This document shows, piece after piece, positions 42,613-52,960 of a stretch of 64,000 nt of DNA. The notes below the pieces were generated by a model, which made no database searches, was not told the origin of the DNA, and saw nothing but the letters and a program-made list of their open reading frames with translations. Origin of the DNA: an uncultured Lachnospiraceae bacterium (lineage in GTDB: Bacteria > Bacillota > Clostridia > Lachnospirales > Lachnospiraceae); assembly GCA_945609985.1 (NCBI GenBank), contig CALYZQ010000002.1, positions 7,657 through 71,656 on the forward strand, in the 5' to 3' direction. Numbering within the stretch: position 1 is the first letter of the stretch; every line of letters begins with the position of its first letter. The position numbers were made by a program, and so were the translations under genes.

Positions 42613-44877
42613 TTACTTCCTCTCGTCCAGATACAGCTGTACTCTGTTTTGAATGATCTTAGCAGTTTCTTTTGCCGTTCGTTCGCCATTGAAATAAGGA
42701 GAACGTTCTTCATCAATAATTTCTATAATCTTATCATACCAGCTGTCGTAAGGCACACACTTACTTATTAACTCCTCTGACTTAAGATATGCCTTATACT
42801 CTTCTTCATACTCAAAATTAGACCGCTCCATATCATTTCGCAAAGTGATGCAGCCCTCACTTAGAATATTTTGTATTCTTTTGCTTAATATACCTTCCAA
42901 ATACTCCCCAACTGCTTCTTTATTCTCGCAATTCTTATTTATTACCAGCATCCCACTGCACTTCAGATAATTTCCGTTACCGCTTTCACTTGGATAGCCT
43001 ACCGCATGTAAAATATCTCCATACCACAAATAAATATCTGAAAGAGCTCTATAATCATAGCCTCTGGAAATATATCCCAAATATTCTCCATTTTGCATCA
43101 TAGAAATGGTTTCTGCATTATTAGAACTCAACCTATTCTCTGAATACTGCATACATAGTTCCAATGCTTTTATGAATTCAGGCGAATCAAATCGGCATGT
43201 TCCTTTGTCTAAATCAATAAAATTTGAACCGGGCAATCCATCACAAATCAATGCATGTAGTAATACCGCTGCATTAGCAGCTCCATGAGAAAAGACCATT
43301 AATTTCTCACCCTGCCATTCATCCACCACACCAAGTAATTCTTCAAATGTCCATGAATCGCCTTCCCATATATTATTTTGCACAAACAGTGTCGATACTC
43401 CTGCACCCATTGGAATTCCCCATGTGCCGTCCGTATTTGCTCCCATGGACATTACATTTGGCTTCAATTTTTGTAAAAGTTCCTTCGGCAAAAACTCATT
43501 TATATCTGCCAGGAGTCCTTTCTCCTGTAAAATCCACATATCCTCTTCGCTTACAAACAATATATCTGCACCATTTCCGGCAATCATGTCCGCCACCATA
43601 CGGTTACGGTAATCCTCCTGCGATGCATCTGTTTTGGTATATTCAACATTGTACTGTTCCATTTCCCTGCTTATTCTTGCAGTAACCGACTTTAAATCCA
43701 GATTATCTGCATTCATAAGGCTGGTGACCGTCAATTGTTCCTTTTGGGTCAGCTCATTTGCCAAAATTGCAATATATCTATCCGAGTAACCTTCGTTCAT
43801 AAGAAGCAGTCTTCCATCTGAGCGCACACCTAATTGATAATCAGAAGCATATTCCATGATTCTGTCTGTCTGATTTGCGCCAAGCTGTTCCAGAGAAAGT
43901 ATCTTCTTACGCTCACCGGTTTCCAGATTCCACTGCGTCACTCTGTCCTTGCTCAGATAATACAGATAGTTGTGGTAAAAACCAAGTAACTGTGTTATTG
44001 TTTCCTTCTCAGGTGTAGACATCTGACGAAATTCTTTATTTTCCTTATCAAACCATAGGATACTATTTCCACTTTCTTTTCCCTTGAACAGAAAGAAATA
44101 TTCTCCATTTTCATCCAATGTAGGATGTTGAATTATACCGCTGTACTTAGAAGTATCTGCAATCACATTACCTTCTGCATCAATAACATGAAGCACATTT
44201 AATTCATCCTTCTGTTCCAACACATACAGAAAACAATCCTTATCACAGAAATACTCTCCCACAAATAATCCATCTTTTAACATTCCAGACTGTAAGAAAG
44301 CATCAGTTACATCGAACCTCTTCACACATTCTCCGTTCTCCTCCAATATCAATGCTTCACAGCCGGTAATGGTTACCACATTCTCTGTATATTCCTTTGA
44401 TGCCAACAGCACAATAGCCCTTCCGTCAGGCAACATCTGTGCTGCTCTCAAAATCTGTCCCTCTTCCTGATGAAGACTTGACACGACTGTTTGTGAACCA
44501 TTAGGTGTCATTTTGTGCATATGAAACTCCAAATCTGTCTTATCATGTGCAAACTCCAGACATACTGAATACACCGTATCACCTACAAGCATTGCTGAGC
44601 TGCCTACCACATTTTTCTGCTCCTCCCAGTCAACGCTTTCATCATGGTGAAACACACGAAAGCCATCTACCCGTAGAATTTGCGCCTCTGCAAATTGCTC
44701 ATTGCATGCCCAATCAGATTTTCGTACTTCAAACTGTGCTGATACCTGCATGATAGGAGCATCTGACTGCTCTGCTTGTGAAGGGTCTGCGGGTTCACCG
44801 CAGCCGGAAAAACTAAGCAAGAGGGCGGATATAGTTAATATGTATTTGATTTTGGAAAACAAAGAATTTTTCGTCAT
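42613..44877 (-). CDS. 754-aa lipoprotein: putative beta-propeller plus SBP domain
   Basis: Lipobox FSGC; beta-rich N-half; AGNGADILFV, WGIP, VGYP, IQNRVQLYLDERK. Confidence 0.85.
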   Translation of the reverse strand: MTKNSLFSKIKYILTISALLLSFSGCGEPADPSQAEQSDAPIMQVSAQFEVRKSDWACNEQFAEAQILRVDGFRVFHHDESVDWEEQKNVVGSSAMLVGDTVYSVCLEFAHDKTDLEFHMHKMTPNGSQTVVSSLHQEEGQILRAAQMLPDGRAIVLLASKEYTENVVTITGCEALILEENGECVKRFDVTDAFLQSGMLKDGLFVGEYFCDKDCFLYVLEQKDELNVLHVIDAEGNVIADTSKYSGIIQHPTLDENGEYFFLFKGKESGNSILWFDKENKEFRQMSTPEKETITQLLGFYHNYLYYLSKDRVTQWNLETGERKKILSLEQLGANQTDRIMEYASDYQLGVRSDGRLLLMNEGYSDRYIAILANELTQKEQLTVTSLMNADNLDLKSVTARISREMEQYNVEYTKTDASQEDYRNRMVADMIAGNGADILFVSEEDMWILQEKGLLADINEFLPKELLQKLKPNVMSMGANTDGTWGIPMGAGVSTLFVQNNIWEGDSWTFEELLGVVDEWQGEKLMVFSHGAANAAVLLHALICDGLPGSNFIDLDKGTCRFDSPEFIKALELCMQYSENRLSSNNAETISMMQNGEYLGYISRGYDYRALSDIYLWYGDILHAVGYPSESGNGNYLKCSGMLVINKNCENKEAVGEYLEGILSKRIQNILSEGCITLRNDMERSNFEYEEEYKAYLKSEELISKCVPYDSWYDKIIEIIDEERSPYFNGERTAKETAKIIQNRVQLYLDERK

Positions 44878-44896
44878 TTCAATTCACCATGTTATT

Positions 44897-45238
44897 CTAT
44901 TGATTTTGTAATTCTTTAAGTAAGTCTTTACAAATTTGAGCTGAATGTGAATAAACTATATCCTCATCATAATAATCTGACAGATAACAATTATTACAGT
45001 AAATGTGTGTTCTTCTTATATTGTGTTCACGTTTACATACATCTCCGCAATTCGAGCATGGAACATGATAATCCGTGTAATGACCAACTATAGAATAACC
45101 TGTTACTAAACATTGATGTCTACAATCTCTCGGATTCACTGCAGCCTCCGCATTTTCCTGACTGGCAAAGCCGACCATTGCAACACAGCATGCCAGACAG
45201 CATACAAAAATTTTTAAACTTCTTTTTAATCTTTTCAT
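44897..45238 (-). CDS. Small secreted Cys/His-rich protein (copy A)
   Basis: AAGGAGG RBS, signal peptide ending AEA, CxH, HxxCxxCxxxC, CxxC, HSxxxC; paralogue at 56800. Confidence 0.85.
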   Translation of the reverse strand: MKRLKRSLKIFVCCLACCVAMVGFASQENAEAAVNPRDCRHQCLVTGYSIVGHYTDYHVPCSNCGDVCKREHNIRRTHIYCNNCYLSDYYDEDIVYSHSAQICKDLLKELQNQ

Positions 45239-45286
45239 TTAAAAAGATTCCTCCTTGAAAAAAAAATTTAAAATTATTCAGTTATA

Positions 45287-45342
45287 ATCGTTCTGCGCAT
45301 CACGATACCCAAAGTTTATATAATCACCATTCGCAATGTCAA
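45287..45342 (-). promoter_or_regulatory. Sigma-A-type promoter plus palindromic operator for Cys/His gene A
   Basis: TTGACA-N16-TATAAA then CGT-N2-TGCGCA-N2-ACG; conserved at 51018 and 57179. Confidence 0.75.
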
Positions 45343-45449
45343 CAACAAGTCACAATGTTTCCTAACTCTCCACATATTTCCTTTCGCTCAACCTCATTTT
45401 ACCCCAATATTTCCTCATACTCAATCTTTCTCCCTAAAATTCGTCAAAT

Positions 45450-45495
45450 GTTGAGCGTTTCTCAACTTGATTTTCCATCCTCTCCATAGTAAAAT
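45450..45495 (+). promoter_or_regulatory. Xre gene promoter with abutting palindrome
   Basis: GTTGAG-N5-CTCAAC immediately followed by TTGATT-N17-TAAAAT. Confidence 0.7.
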
Positions 45496-45528
45496 ATTGT
45501 CATATTCTGTATAATGAAAGGGAACAAT

Positions 45529-46201
45529 AATGGATAATGCGAATTTTGGCAAGCTGATATCTATATTAAGAAACAGAAAGGGTATTACTCAACGGAAATT
45601 AGCTGATGAATTGGGCGTTACTACTTCTGCTGTCAGCAAATGGGAAAACGGTAAAAATATGCCGGACGCCGCTATGTCGACAAAGCTTTGTACATGCTTT
45701 AATATCACGCTCGATGAGCTGTTCAATCCGGCCGAAACCATTGAACGATTGCAAAACGGCACCTTAGAGGCAACTCCTAAAACTCCTGAAACAACAATAT
45801 CAGAAGCCGATCCCGAACCGGAACCCATTCAAAAGAAATGGTATCAAAAAAAGATACTTATACCACTTCTTGGTATTCTGATTATACTTGGAGTTGTTAT
45901 AGCACTAATCATTATAAATAAAGACAGCGATGAGGTTCAGAATTGCAGCCTTTACAGTGTACGCACGTGTATTGATAAAGATCGCAATGCTCCTGTTTAT
46001 GAAATGGCATACCTGTATTCCGGTGCATTTGACTACTATTCTGAAACCCCTTTTGTTCAAACTATCTGTAAGTGCTGGCTCTCTGACCCTAATGCACCAC
46101 AGGATATTGATACTCTTAAAATTTCTTTCTATAATGATGAAGCCGCTGTAGCAGAATGGCAGGAACCATTCAGTTCAATATATTTTTATAGAGAGGATTA
46201 A
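45529..46201 (+). CDS. Membrane-anchored Xre/HTH_3 regulator with extracellular C-terminal domain
   Basis: TQRKLADELGVTTSAVSKWENG HTH, Pro/Glu linker, one TM, ~90-aa Cys-containing tail. Confidence 0.88.
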
Positions 46202-46206
46202 CTTTC

Positions 46207-46584
46207 ATGAAAAAAATCAGTTTTACCATCTTTTGTTTCCTTTTATGTCTTTGCATGTATACTCCCGTAACTACACATGCAAAAGAAATAGGTGTCAATA
46301 AGTACCTGACTGAAGGATGTACTGCCGAAGGTATTCATTACACCATTTATGCTGTTCAACCATCTGTTACCCACTCTACCATGAGCTTGCAAAGGGCCGC
46401 TACACAAATGTATGTTGTTCGAGAAATTCATTTTGAAGGCAATGTTCAACCACCCAAAACATGGTATTTTGCAGAACGGATAGGTGAACATATATATGTT
46501 GGTACTTTATCGTTAAGCATCGATCAAGTAATCTACGGTAAAACAATCGCAACCTATAAAGGATACTTAACTTTAGTAAACTAA
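46207..46584 (+). CDS. Small secreted protein (signal peptide, beta-rich C-terminus)
   Basis: Signal ending THA; YVGTLSL..ATYKGYL; paralogue at 58067 differs at about 20 of 125 residues. Confidence 0.8.
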   Translation: MKKISFTIFCFLLCLCMYTPVTTHAKEIGVNKYLTEGCTAEGIHYTIYAVQPSVTHSTMSLQRAATQMYVVREIHFEGNVQPPKTWYFAERIGEHIYVGTLSLSIDQVIYGKTIATYKGYLTLVN

Positions 46585-46597
46585 ATATCATCCCTTC

Positions 46598-46633
46598 AAA
46601 AACCGGCAGCACCCATTCGGGCGCTGCCGGTTC
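46598..46633. terminator. Bidirectional terminator between secreted-protein gene and thrC
   Basis: aaccggcagc / gctgccggtt IR between convergent genes. Confidence 0.75.
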
Positions 46634-46655
46634 TATTATTTTCTATATTTCAATC

Positions 46656-48143
46656 TTAGATATGTAAGAACTCTCTTACGACATCCTTCATCTTATCCAC
46701 ATCACACTGCTTGTCGTGAAGCACGGGTGCGGTGCGGATTTCCTCGATAGCCTGAGGAACGGTTACGTTGGCAAGCTTGGAAAGCTCGTCTACAAGCTCG
46801 AAGTCGCCCATGGAATCATACTTGGTATCGATGGCATTCATAACGCTTCTGGTGAACTTGAAGGGACTTGCGGTGGAAGCAATCACGGTCTTGGCCGTAT
46901 CGTTGGTATCTGCCTTGTACTTCTCATACACTGCTGCTGCAACTGCTGTATGGGTATCAATCACATAGCCGCAATCCTCGTAAATCTTCTTGATAGTCTT
47001 GGCAGTCTCAGCCTCACTTGCATAGTTGCCGTAGAAGTCAACAAGCTGTGCCTTCATCTCCTCGGTGATTTCGTACTTACCCTGACCGCTCAGTGCTGCC
47101 ATCAGTTCCTTATTCTTGTCAGCGTCATTGCCTGCAATGCGGTAAATCAAACGCTCTAAGTTACTGGAAATCAGAATATCCATGGAAGGAGAGGTTGTCA
47201 GTACAAACTCTCTGTTTCTGTCGTAGGTTCCTGTGCTGAAGAAGTCGTACAGTACCTTGTTGTCATTGGAAGCACAAATCAGCTTGCCAATGGGAAGTCC
47301 CATGTTCTTTGCATAGAAGGCTGCCAGAATATTACCGAAGTTACCGGTAGGCACTACCACGTTGATGGTCTCGCCCTCACTGATTTTGCCCTCCTTAAGC
47401 AGGGTTGCATATGCATATACATAATAGCAAATCTGAGGCACCAGACGGCCGATATTGATGGAGTTTGCGGAGGAGAACTGGAAGCCCTTCTCATCCATCT
47501 CTTTTGCCAGCTCCTTGTCGGAGAAAATCATCTTTACACCGGTCTGCGCATCATCAAAGTTGCCGTGAATACCTACTACAAGGGTATTGTCACCCTTCTG
47601 GGTTACCATCTGCTTCTCCTGAATGGGGCTTACGCCGTCCTTGGGATAGAATACGATGATTCCTGTACCCTCTACTCCTGCAAAGCCTGCCAGTGCTGCC
47701 TTACCGGTGTCACCGCTGGTAGCGGTCAGAATCACGATTTTATTCTGAATCTTATTCTTTCTTGCAGAGGTAATCAAAAGGTGAGGCAGGATGGACAGTG
47801 CCATATCCTTAAACGCGATGGTGGAGCCGTGAAACAGCTCTAAATAGTATGCACCGCATGCCTCAACCATGGGAGCGATTTCCTCTGTGTCAAACTTCTC
47901 GTCATATGCCTTCTCAATACAGCTCTTTAACTCTTCCTCGGTAAAGTCTGTAAGAAACAGCTTCATTACCTCGTAAGCCACCTGCTTGTAATCCATTGCA
48001 GCAAGCTCCTTGAGGCTCTTATCAAGGGCAGGAATCTGCGCAGGCACAAACAATCCGCCATCATCGGAAAGGCCCTTTAAAATAGCTTCTGATGCCTTTA
48101 CAGGTTCACTTTTACTTCTGGTACTGTAGTATAAAACTTCCAT
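46656..48143 (-). CDS. thrC: Threonine synthase (duplicate copy)
   Basis: YYSTR, DGGLFVP, ELFHGSTIAFKD (PLP Lys), ATSGDTG, SANSINIGRL, VPTGNFGN. Confidence 0.96.
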   Translation of the reverse strand: MEVLYYSTRSKSEPVKASEAILKGLSDDGGLFVPAQIPALDKSLKELAAMDYKQVAYEVMKLFLTDFTEEELKSCIEKAYDEKFDTEEIAPMVEACGAYYLELFHGSTIAFKDMALSILPHLLITSARKNKIQNKIVILTATSGDTGKAALAGFAGVEGTGIIVFYPKDGVSPIQEKQMVTQKGDNTLVVGIHGNFDDAQTGVKMIFSDKELAKEMDEKGFQFSSANSINIGRLVPQICYYVYAYATLLKEGKISEGETINVVVPTGNFGNILAAFYAKNMGLPIGKLICASNDNKVLYDFFSTGTYDRNREFVLTTSPSMDILISSNLERLIYRIAGNDADKNKELMAALSGQGKYEITEEMKAQLVDFYGNYASEAETAKTIKKIYEDCGYVIDTHTAVAAAVYEKYKADTNDTAKTVIASTASPFKFTRSVMNAIDTKYDSMGDFELVDELSKLANVTVPQAIEEIRTAPVLHDKQCDVDKMKDVVREFLHI

Positions 48144-48301
48144 ATTATCTCCCTTCATGTACCATAAGGTACATTGAATTTACTTGTATGTATTGAAACT
48201 TACATCTCCATTACTTCGACTAATCTTAACTTGATACCTATTAAAAAGAGCATAGCAGACCTAATTTGCGGTCTGCCATGTTCCCATATATCGTAAATTG
48301 T

Positions 48302-50503
48302 TTATTTCTGTTCATCCAGATACAGCTGTACCCGGTTATTGATTATCTTTGAAACCTCTCGAGCATCCTTACCCTCCGCATACATCCGGGTCAGTTCCTC
48401 TGCTGCAATCTGACTGATCTGATAATGCGTACGAGGTGCCGGCTGACAGTTTTCCAAAAATTTTGCCGCCGTATGAAGCGGTGTAGTTCCATCCTCATAC
48501 ACAGGCACTTTATTCGCATTCGTACCTCCCATAAATACCGGTTCCCCTGCATCATTCGTAACCAAGTAATCCTCCGGTACAAGCTTTCGTACACTTAAAC
48601 AATGCTTTGTTGTCTCTGTTTGCATTTCCTCACCAAACAAAAATTCCAAATAAAGGCTGACTGCTTCCTTATTTACAGTGTTCTTGTTTACCACTACCAA
48701 TCCACCTTCCGGCAACAGATATCCTTCAATATCATTCGCATCCCAACTGCTAAAGAAGTCTAGTAAATTGCTTTCGTATAAAAAATATCCCCAAACATAA
48801 TCTGTTTCCGCATAATTTTCTGCATTTTCTTTGCTTCTATCCTTTGCTGTAAGCTTCAACAGATTTACAAACCTTTCATCATCAAAGTGACTCTTTCCGT
48901 TCTCCCAATCAATCAGAAAGGAATCCTCCTGACTGTAATTAATAATCTTTTGCATGGTAACCTGAGGAGAAAGATAACCCTTCAACACGTAAGGTGAATA
49001 AATGAATCCGCTCCACTCCGACTGATTCTGATGGTCCATTACAAAGGTTTCTGCACGAACTCCCACGGGCAACCCTAACAGCGTATCATCCACTTTTGCC
49101 ATTTCTAACACAGCGGGCAACAGTTCCTTGCGGAATTCTTCATCCAACAACGTATTTATATCTGACAAAAGCCCTTTTTCTGCCAAAGTAGCGTAGTCCT
49201 CTTCGGACACAAACAGAATGTCCGGTCCCTCTCCTTTCGCCAACTCAGTAAGCACTCTGGTCCGGTTCTCCTCTGCCGACTCATCCTCATATGTAAATTC
49301 AAGATACGGTATCTCCATGGATGCTTTTGAAGTACTCATAGCAAGTGCCTCACCCTGCCCCGTAAGGTCAGCAATACAGATATCTCCCGCTTCTGCGGCG
49401 ACTTCTTCTCCCAAGGGAACAATCCAATCCCTTGCCTGATTCCCTGTAAGCTTTAACAGACGCATCGCAAGTTTACTTTCATCCGTGACCGCAAGCATGG
49501 TTTCATATGCTGAAAGACCACCAATCTGAAACTCATATATCCAGGTCTGTTCGCCGGTCTCAATATTCCACTTTACAATCCCTTCGCCAATGCCGGTTTC
49601 CGGATTTTGGCTCTTATAATAAAGTTCCTTACCAAACAATCCGTACACCTGTGATAAAAAGGGGGGCTGTGCCTCCATTGTGGCTAATGTTTTCATTTTC
49701 TTACTTGCAATATCTGCCATTTTAAATTCATACTTCTTTTCTGCATAACAATAAAAAGGCAGAATCACATTGCCCTCCCGGGTACATATAGGATCACCTG
49801 CCATCAGCATTCCATCCCCATCATATTGCATCACCGGCTTCCCGTCTTTATCAATCAGATAAAAAACAGGGGCTCCGCCACTTGTCTGTAGCAACCAAAT
49901 CATGTTTTCTCCGGTTGCATGACACTCCTCATAGGGCCATAGCGGTAATATTTCAGAAGAATACGCTTCTATTTTCTCCTGTGCAAAATAGTCTCTGACA
50001 TCCACGTGTAAGTTATCTCCTGCCAAATTGGAAAACACGATAATATCGGAGGTCTGACTATACATTCCCTCCGAATCCTTAGTATATCCTGCCCAACGGA
50101 ACATATAGGACTCCTTATCTGTCATATCCATACCCAATAAATATCCCAATTCCCCGTCCAGATTGAGCTCTGCAGGAGTGAATTCTTTTACCTGATATTC
50201 TTCCGCTACGCTGTCGTATAGCTCCAATACATATTCACCATCGATCCCCGACACATACAATCCGTCATCACCGATTCTTGTGCCAAAATACCATAATGTA
50301 TCACCGCACGCCCCGGAAGCAAGATGTGCTATCCCGTCATGCTCCCAGAGTTGAAATTCTTCCGTCCACAGCATCCGGTTCATCGTAACCTTTCCGGGTT
50401 CGTGAAACGTCTCTATCTTCTTATTTGCTATATTTTCCTCTTTACTGCTACAACCACTAAGCATAAATAACAGTAAAATTAAAACTGTTATATACTTTTT
50501 CAT
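48302..50503 (-). CDS. 733-aa lipoprotein: putative beta-propeller plus SBP domain (distant paralogue)
   Basis: Lipobox LSGC; KWNIETGE, KGEGPDILFV, LGLPVG, INNRVQLYLDEQK. Confidence 0.85.
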   Translation of the reverse strand: MKKYITVLILLLFMLSGCSSKEENIANKKIETFHEPGKVTMNRMLWTEEFQLWEHDGIAHLASGACGDTLWYFGTRIGDDGLYVSGIDGEYVLELYDSVAEEYQVKEFTPAELNLDGELGYLLGMDMTDKESYMFRWAGYTKDSEGMYSQTSDIIVFSNLAGDNLHVDVRDYFAQEKIEAYSSEILPLWPYEECHATGENMIWLLQTSGGAPVFYLIDKDGKPVMQYDGDGMLMAGDPICTREGNVILPFYCYAEKKYEFKMADIASKKMKTLATMEAQPPFLSQVYGLFGKELYYKSQNPETGIGEGIVKWNIETGEQTWIYEFQIGGLSAYETMLAVTDESKLAMRLLKLTGNQARDWIVPLGEEVAAEAGDICIADLTGQGEALAMSTSKASMEIPYLEFTYEDESAEENRTRVLTELAKGEGPDILFVSEEDYATLAEKGLLSDINTLLDEEFRKELLPAVLEMAKVDDTLLGLPVGVRAETFVMDHQNQSEWSGFIYSPYVLKGYLSPQVTMQKIINYSQEDSFLIDWENGKSHFDDERFVNLLKLTAKDRSKENAENYAETDYVWGYFLYESNLLDFFSSWDANDIEGYLLPEGGLVVVNKNTVNKEAVSLYLEFLFGEEMQTETTKHCLSVRKLVPEDYLVTNDAGEPVFMGGTNANKVPVYEDGTTPLHTAAKFLENCQPAPRTHYQISQIAAEELTRMYAEGKDAREVSKIINNRVQLYLDEQK

Positions 50504-50582
50504 ATGACCTCCTTTGAGATTTAGGCGAGCAAATGCTATCCTTTATTTACGATTGCACACTCGCCTTAACCTCAATAATCTT

Positions 50583-50915
50583 TTACTTATAATAATCTAA
50601 ATCTGTACAATAACTACAAGTATGCATTTCCTGATAATGAGTTATTGTCGAAATTATACCATGTCCGTACGGGCATACCCATGATACCTTTTCCTCAAGG
50701 CACACTACGGTACATCTATTATACTTTAATACTCCACCTTCCGAATAGGCTTTAGAATGCTGATAAGTATTACTATTTAAAAGTTGCCCCATCTTTCTAC
50801 ATTCTGCATGAACATGACTTGCATCACATGCCGGGCATGTCGCTGCCTTTGCTGTAATTCCAATTGATAATATCATAACGATTAAAACAGATAAAACCTT
50901 TTTTCTATAATTCAT
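50583..50915 (-). CDS. Small secreted Cys/His-rich protein (type B)
   Basis: GAGG RBS, signal ending AKA, CPAC, CPYGH, HTCSYC; directly upstream of 733-aa lipoprotein. Confidence 0.8.
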   Translation of the reverse strand: MNYRKKVLSVLIVMILSIGITAKAATCPACDASHVHAECRKMGQLLNSNTYQHSKAYSEGGVLKYNRCTVVCLEEKVSWVCPYGHGIISTITHYQEMHTCSYCTDLDYYK

Positions 50916-51017
50916 TGTAATTAACCTCGCACTAAAACAATATTTTTATGATTATCTTAAAAATCTACTATTATTATCTTTTATTTTATTTGAAGCACCC
51001 TCTTTCATCTAAATTAC

Positions 51018-51071
51018 CGTTTTGCGCATCACGATACTCAAAGTCTATACAAACGTTCTCTATCCAGTCAA
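51018..51071 (-). promoter_or_regulatory. Promoter plus operator for Cys/His gene B
   Basis: TTGACT-N16-TATAGA then CGT-N2-TGCGCA-N2-ACG, same spacing as the other copies. Confidence 0.72.
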
Positions 51072-51214
51072 TCACTTTACCCAATGTTTCCTAATTCTCC
51101 ACATGTTTCCTTTCACTCAACATCATTTCACCTAAATTTTTACTCAAATTCAACATTTCTCTGTAAAGTTTATCATATGTTGAGCATTTCTCAACTTGAT
51201 TTTCCTTCCTCTCA

Positions 51215-51676
51215 ATAGTAAAAGTATCAAAGGTAAAAGAAACCGGAACTCCGTAAAGCTTACCCTTTACCAGATTAAACTCTACTGCCTTGTCGCAAAG
51301 GCCTTCCCTGCTCACAAGGAAATCTGGCATATCCATAAAAACCCCTGCTTCTGCATAGGATTTCATATCCACGTCTTCCAATGCACCATAGCTTATAATG
51401 TCTGGACCGACTCCTGATGCCAGCTTCTGCTTCATCCGGCTGCGATAATCCTCTATCCTCTCATCCTCTTTATGCTGCAGTACTACAATCTCATACTTAC
51501 TGCTTTGCTCATTATATGCTGTCACAGTCTCCTTCAACCATTCGACATAGACTCCCACACACAACCGGATTTCTTCCTTACCATGCTCATTTATTTATGA
51601 TTTTGTACTATTATTGCCACATGCACATAATGGCACAGTATTACCAAAAACAGATATATTTTCAATGTTTTTTTAT
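51215..51676 (-). pseudogene. Truncated SBP lipoprotein remnant
   Basis: Broken signal KKTLKIYLFLVILC/LCACG, TAA, then KEEIRLCVG..SGVGPDII..LYGVP; ends abruptly at an orphan Xre promoter. Confidence 0.75.
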
Positions 51677-52941
51677 AATGCCGCTTCCTCCAAATACAGC
51701 TGCACACGCTTCTGTATGATGTCCGTAGTCTCCTCAAGGCTCTTCTTATCCAAATAGTAATGTAATGCCTCATCCAGCACCATGTATCGTATATCCTCCC
51801 ATACTGTATTGTCAGGCACGGCATTCTCAATGGCACGCAGTATCTGAAGCTCCTGTTCATAGGTCAGGGCTTCCATCTTGGTGGTAATATTATGCTCTGT
51901 CACCTGCTGCTCCTCCTTGGCCAATGTTAACTGTTCCTTGAAAGTCTTTTCTATTGCAGAAAAACTATATTCTTCAAATCCAAAATCGAATTCCATATAT
52001 TTTTCAATCTCATCCCCTGCTGCTTTCTTGTTCTTACTGTTAGCAAACATGCCAATGGCATTTTCCGGAAGCAGTCTGCAGTTTGCATTCCCTACACTGC
52101 CGGGATACCCTAAAATGGTGAACGAATCCTGATACTCTGCCTCCATACGTTTATATTCATCAAATGAATTTACAGATAAATCCAGTAAAAACTTACCACC
52201 ATCTTCCACATGCTCCCGAAAATTATCTACATGTGAATCCTCGCGGTTAAGTGCCTTTATGCGGGTTAATAGGGTTTTGAACTTCTCTGTGTCAAAATAA
52301 CATTTTCCCTCTTCAAAGTCCACATAATTCTCCAGTCCGTACCGCAGGCAAAAATTTAATATGCCGTAATCATCACCATCCCATTCAAGTACTACATCCG
52401 GATTTTGTTCAAAATAAGTGATGAATTCATCTATATTCCACCCCTGTAATTCTCCCACCTGATCTGTTCTTCCCGCCATGCCCGTAATGGAAAAATTCCT
52501 GGGAATACCATATAAGGCATTGTTTTTCTCTAAGGCTTTTATTACCGGTTCCTTAAACGCTTCTGTGGCAATGCTCTTGCTGTTTTCTACGTAAGGAGTC
52601 AAATCCTCCAGCGCTTCGGCATCCATATAGACCTGATACAGGTTATAGTTTATCAGCACCACATCCGGACAATGTTCGGAAACGATTTTGGCATTGATTT
52701 TATCTGACAGCACCTCCGGTCCCCCGGGCATCCACCCGAAATCCTCGTAGGTGATATAATACTCTTCACTCTGCTTGTTGTATTCTACAATAAATTCCTC
52801 TAATAAGTTCTCCATGGAATCTGTGGCCAGAATCACCAGTTCTTTTTTTCCGCCGCTTTCCTTCTTGTCACCGCACCCCGTAAAACCAAGCAGCATCAAT
52901 ACCATTGTCAAACCTATTATGGTCCTTACTCCCGACTTCAT
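51673..52941 (-). CDS. Orphan SBP-like lipoprotein (422 aa)
   Basis: Lipobox FTGC; shares FITYFE.NPDV.LEWDGD.YGILNFC with 36510-37778. Confidence 0.85.
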   Translation of the reverse strand: MKSGVRTIIGLTMVLMLLGFTGCGDKKESGGKKELVILATDSMENLLEEFIVEYNKQSEEYYITYEDFGWMPGGPEVLSDKINAKIVSEHCPDVVLINYNLYQVYMDAEALEDLTPYVENSKSIATEAFKEPVIKALEKNNALYGIPRNFSITGMAGRTDQVGELQGWNIDEFITYFEQNPDVVLEWDGDDYGILNFCLRYGLENYVDFEEGKCYFDTEKFKTLLTRIKALNREDSHVDNFREHVEDGGKFLLDLSVNSFDEYKRMEAEYQDSFTILGYPGSVGNANCRLLPENAIGMFANSKNKKAAGDEIEKYMEFDFGFEEYSFSAIEKTFKEQLTLAKEEQQVTEHNITTKMEALTYEQELQILRAIENAVPDNTVWEDIRYMVLDEALHYYLDKKSLEETTDIIQKRVQLYLEEAAL

Positions 52942-52960
52942 CTATATCCTTCTCCATTCC

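Noticed and set aside
46716-47843. Plus-strand ORFs repeated at 58570-59697
   Set aside because: Antisense shadows of thrC, conserved only because thrC is duplicated; most other overlapping track ORFs are likewise shadows.
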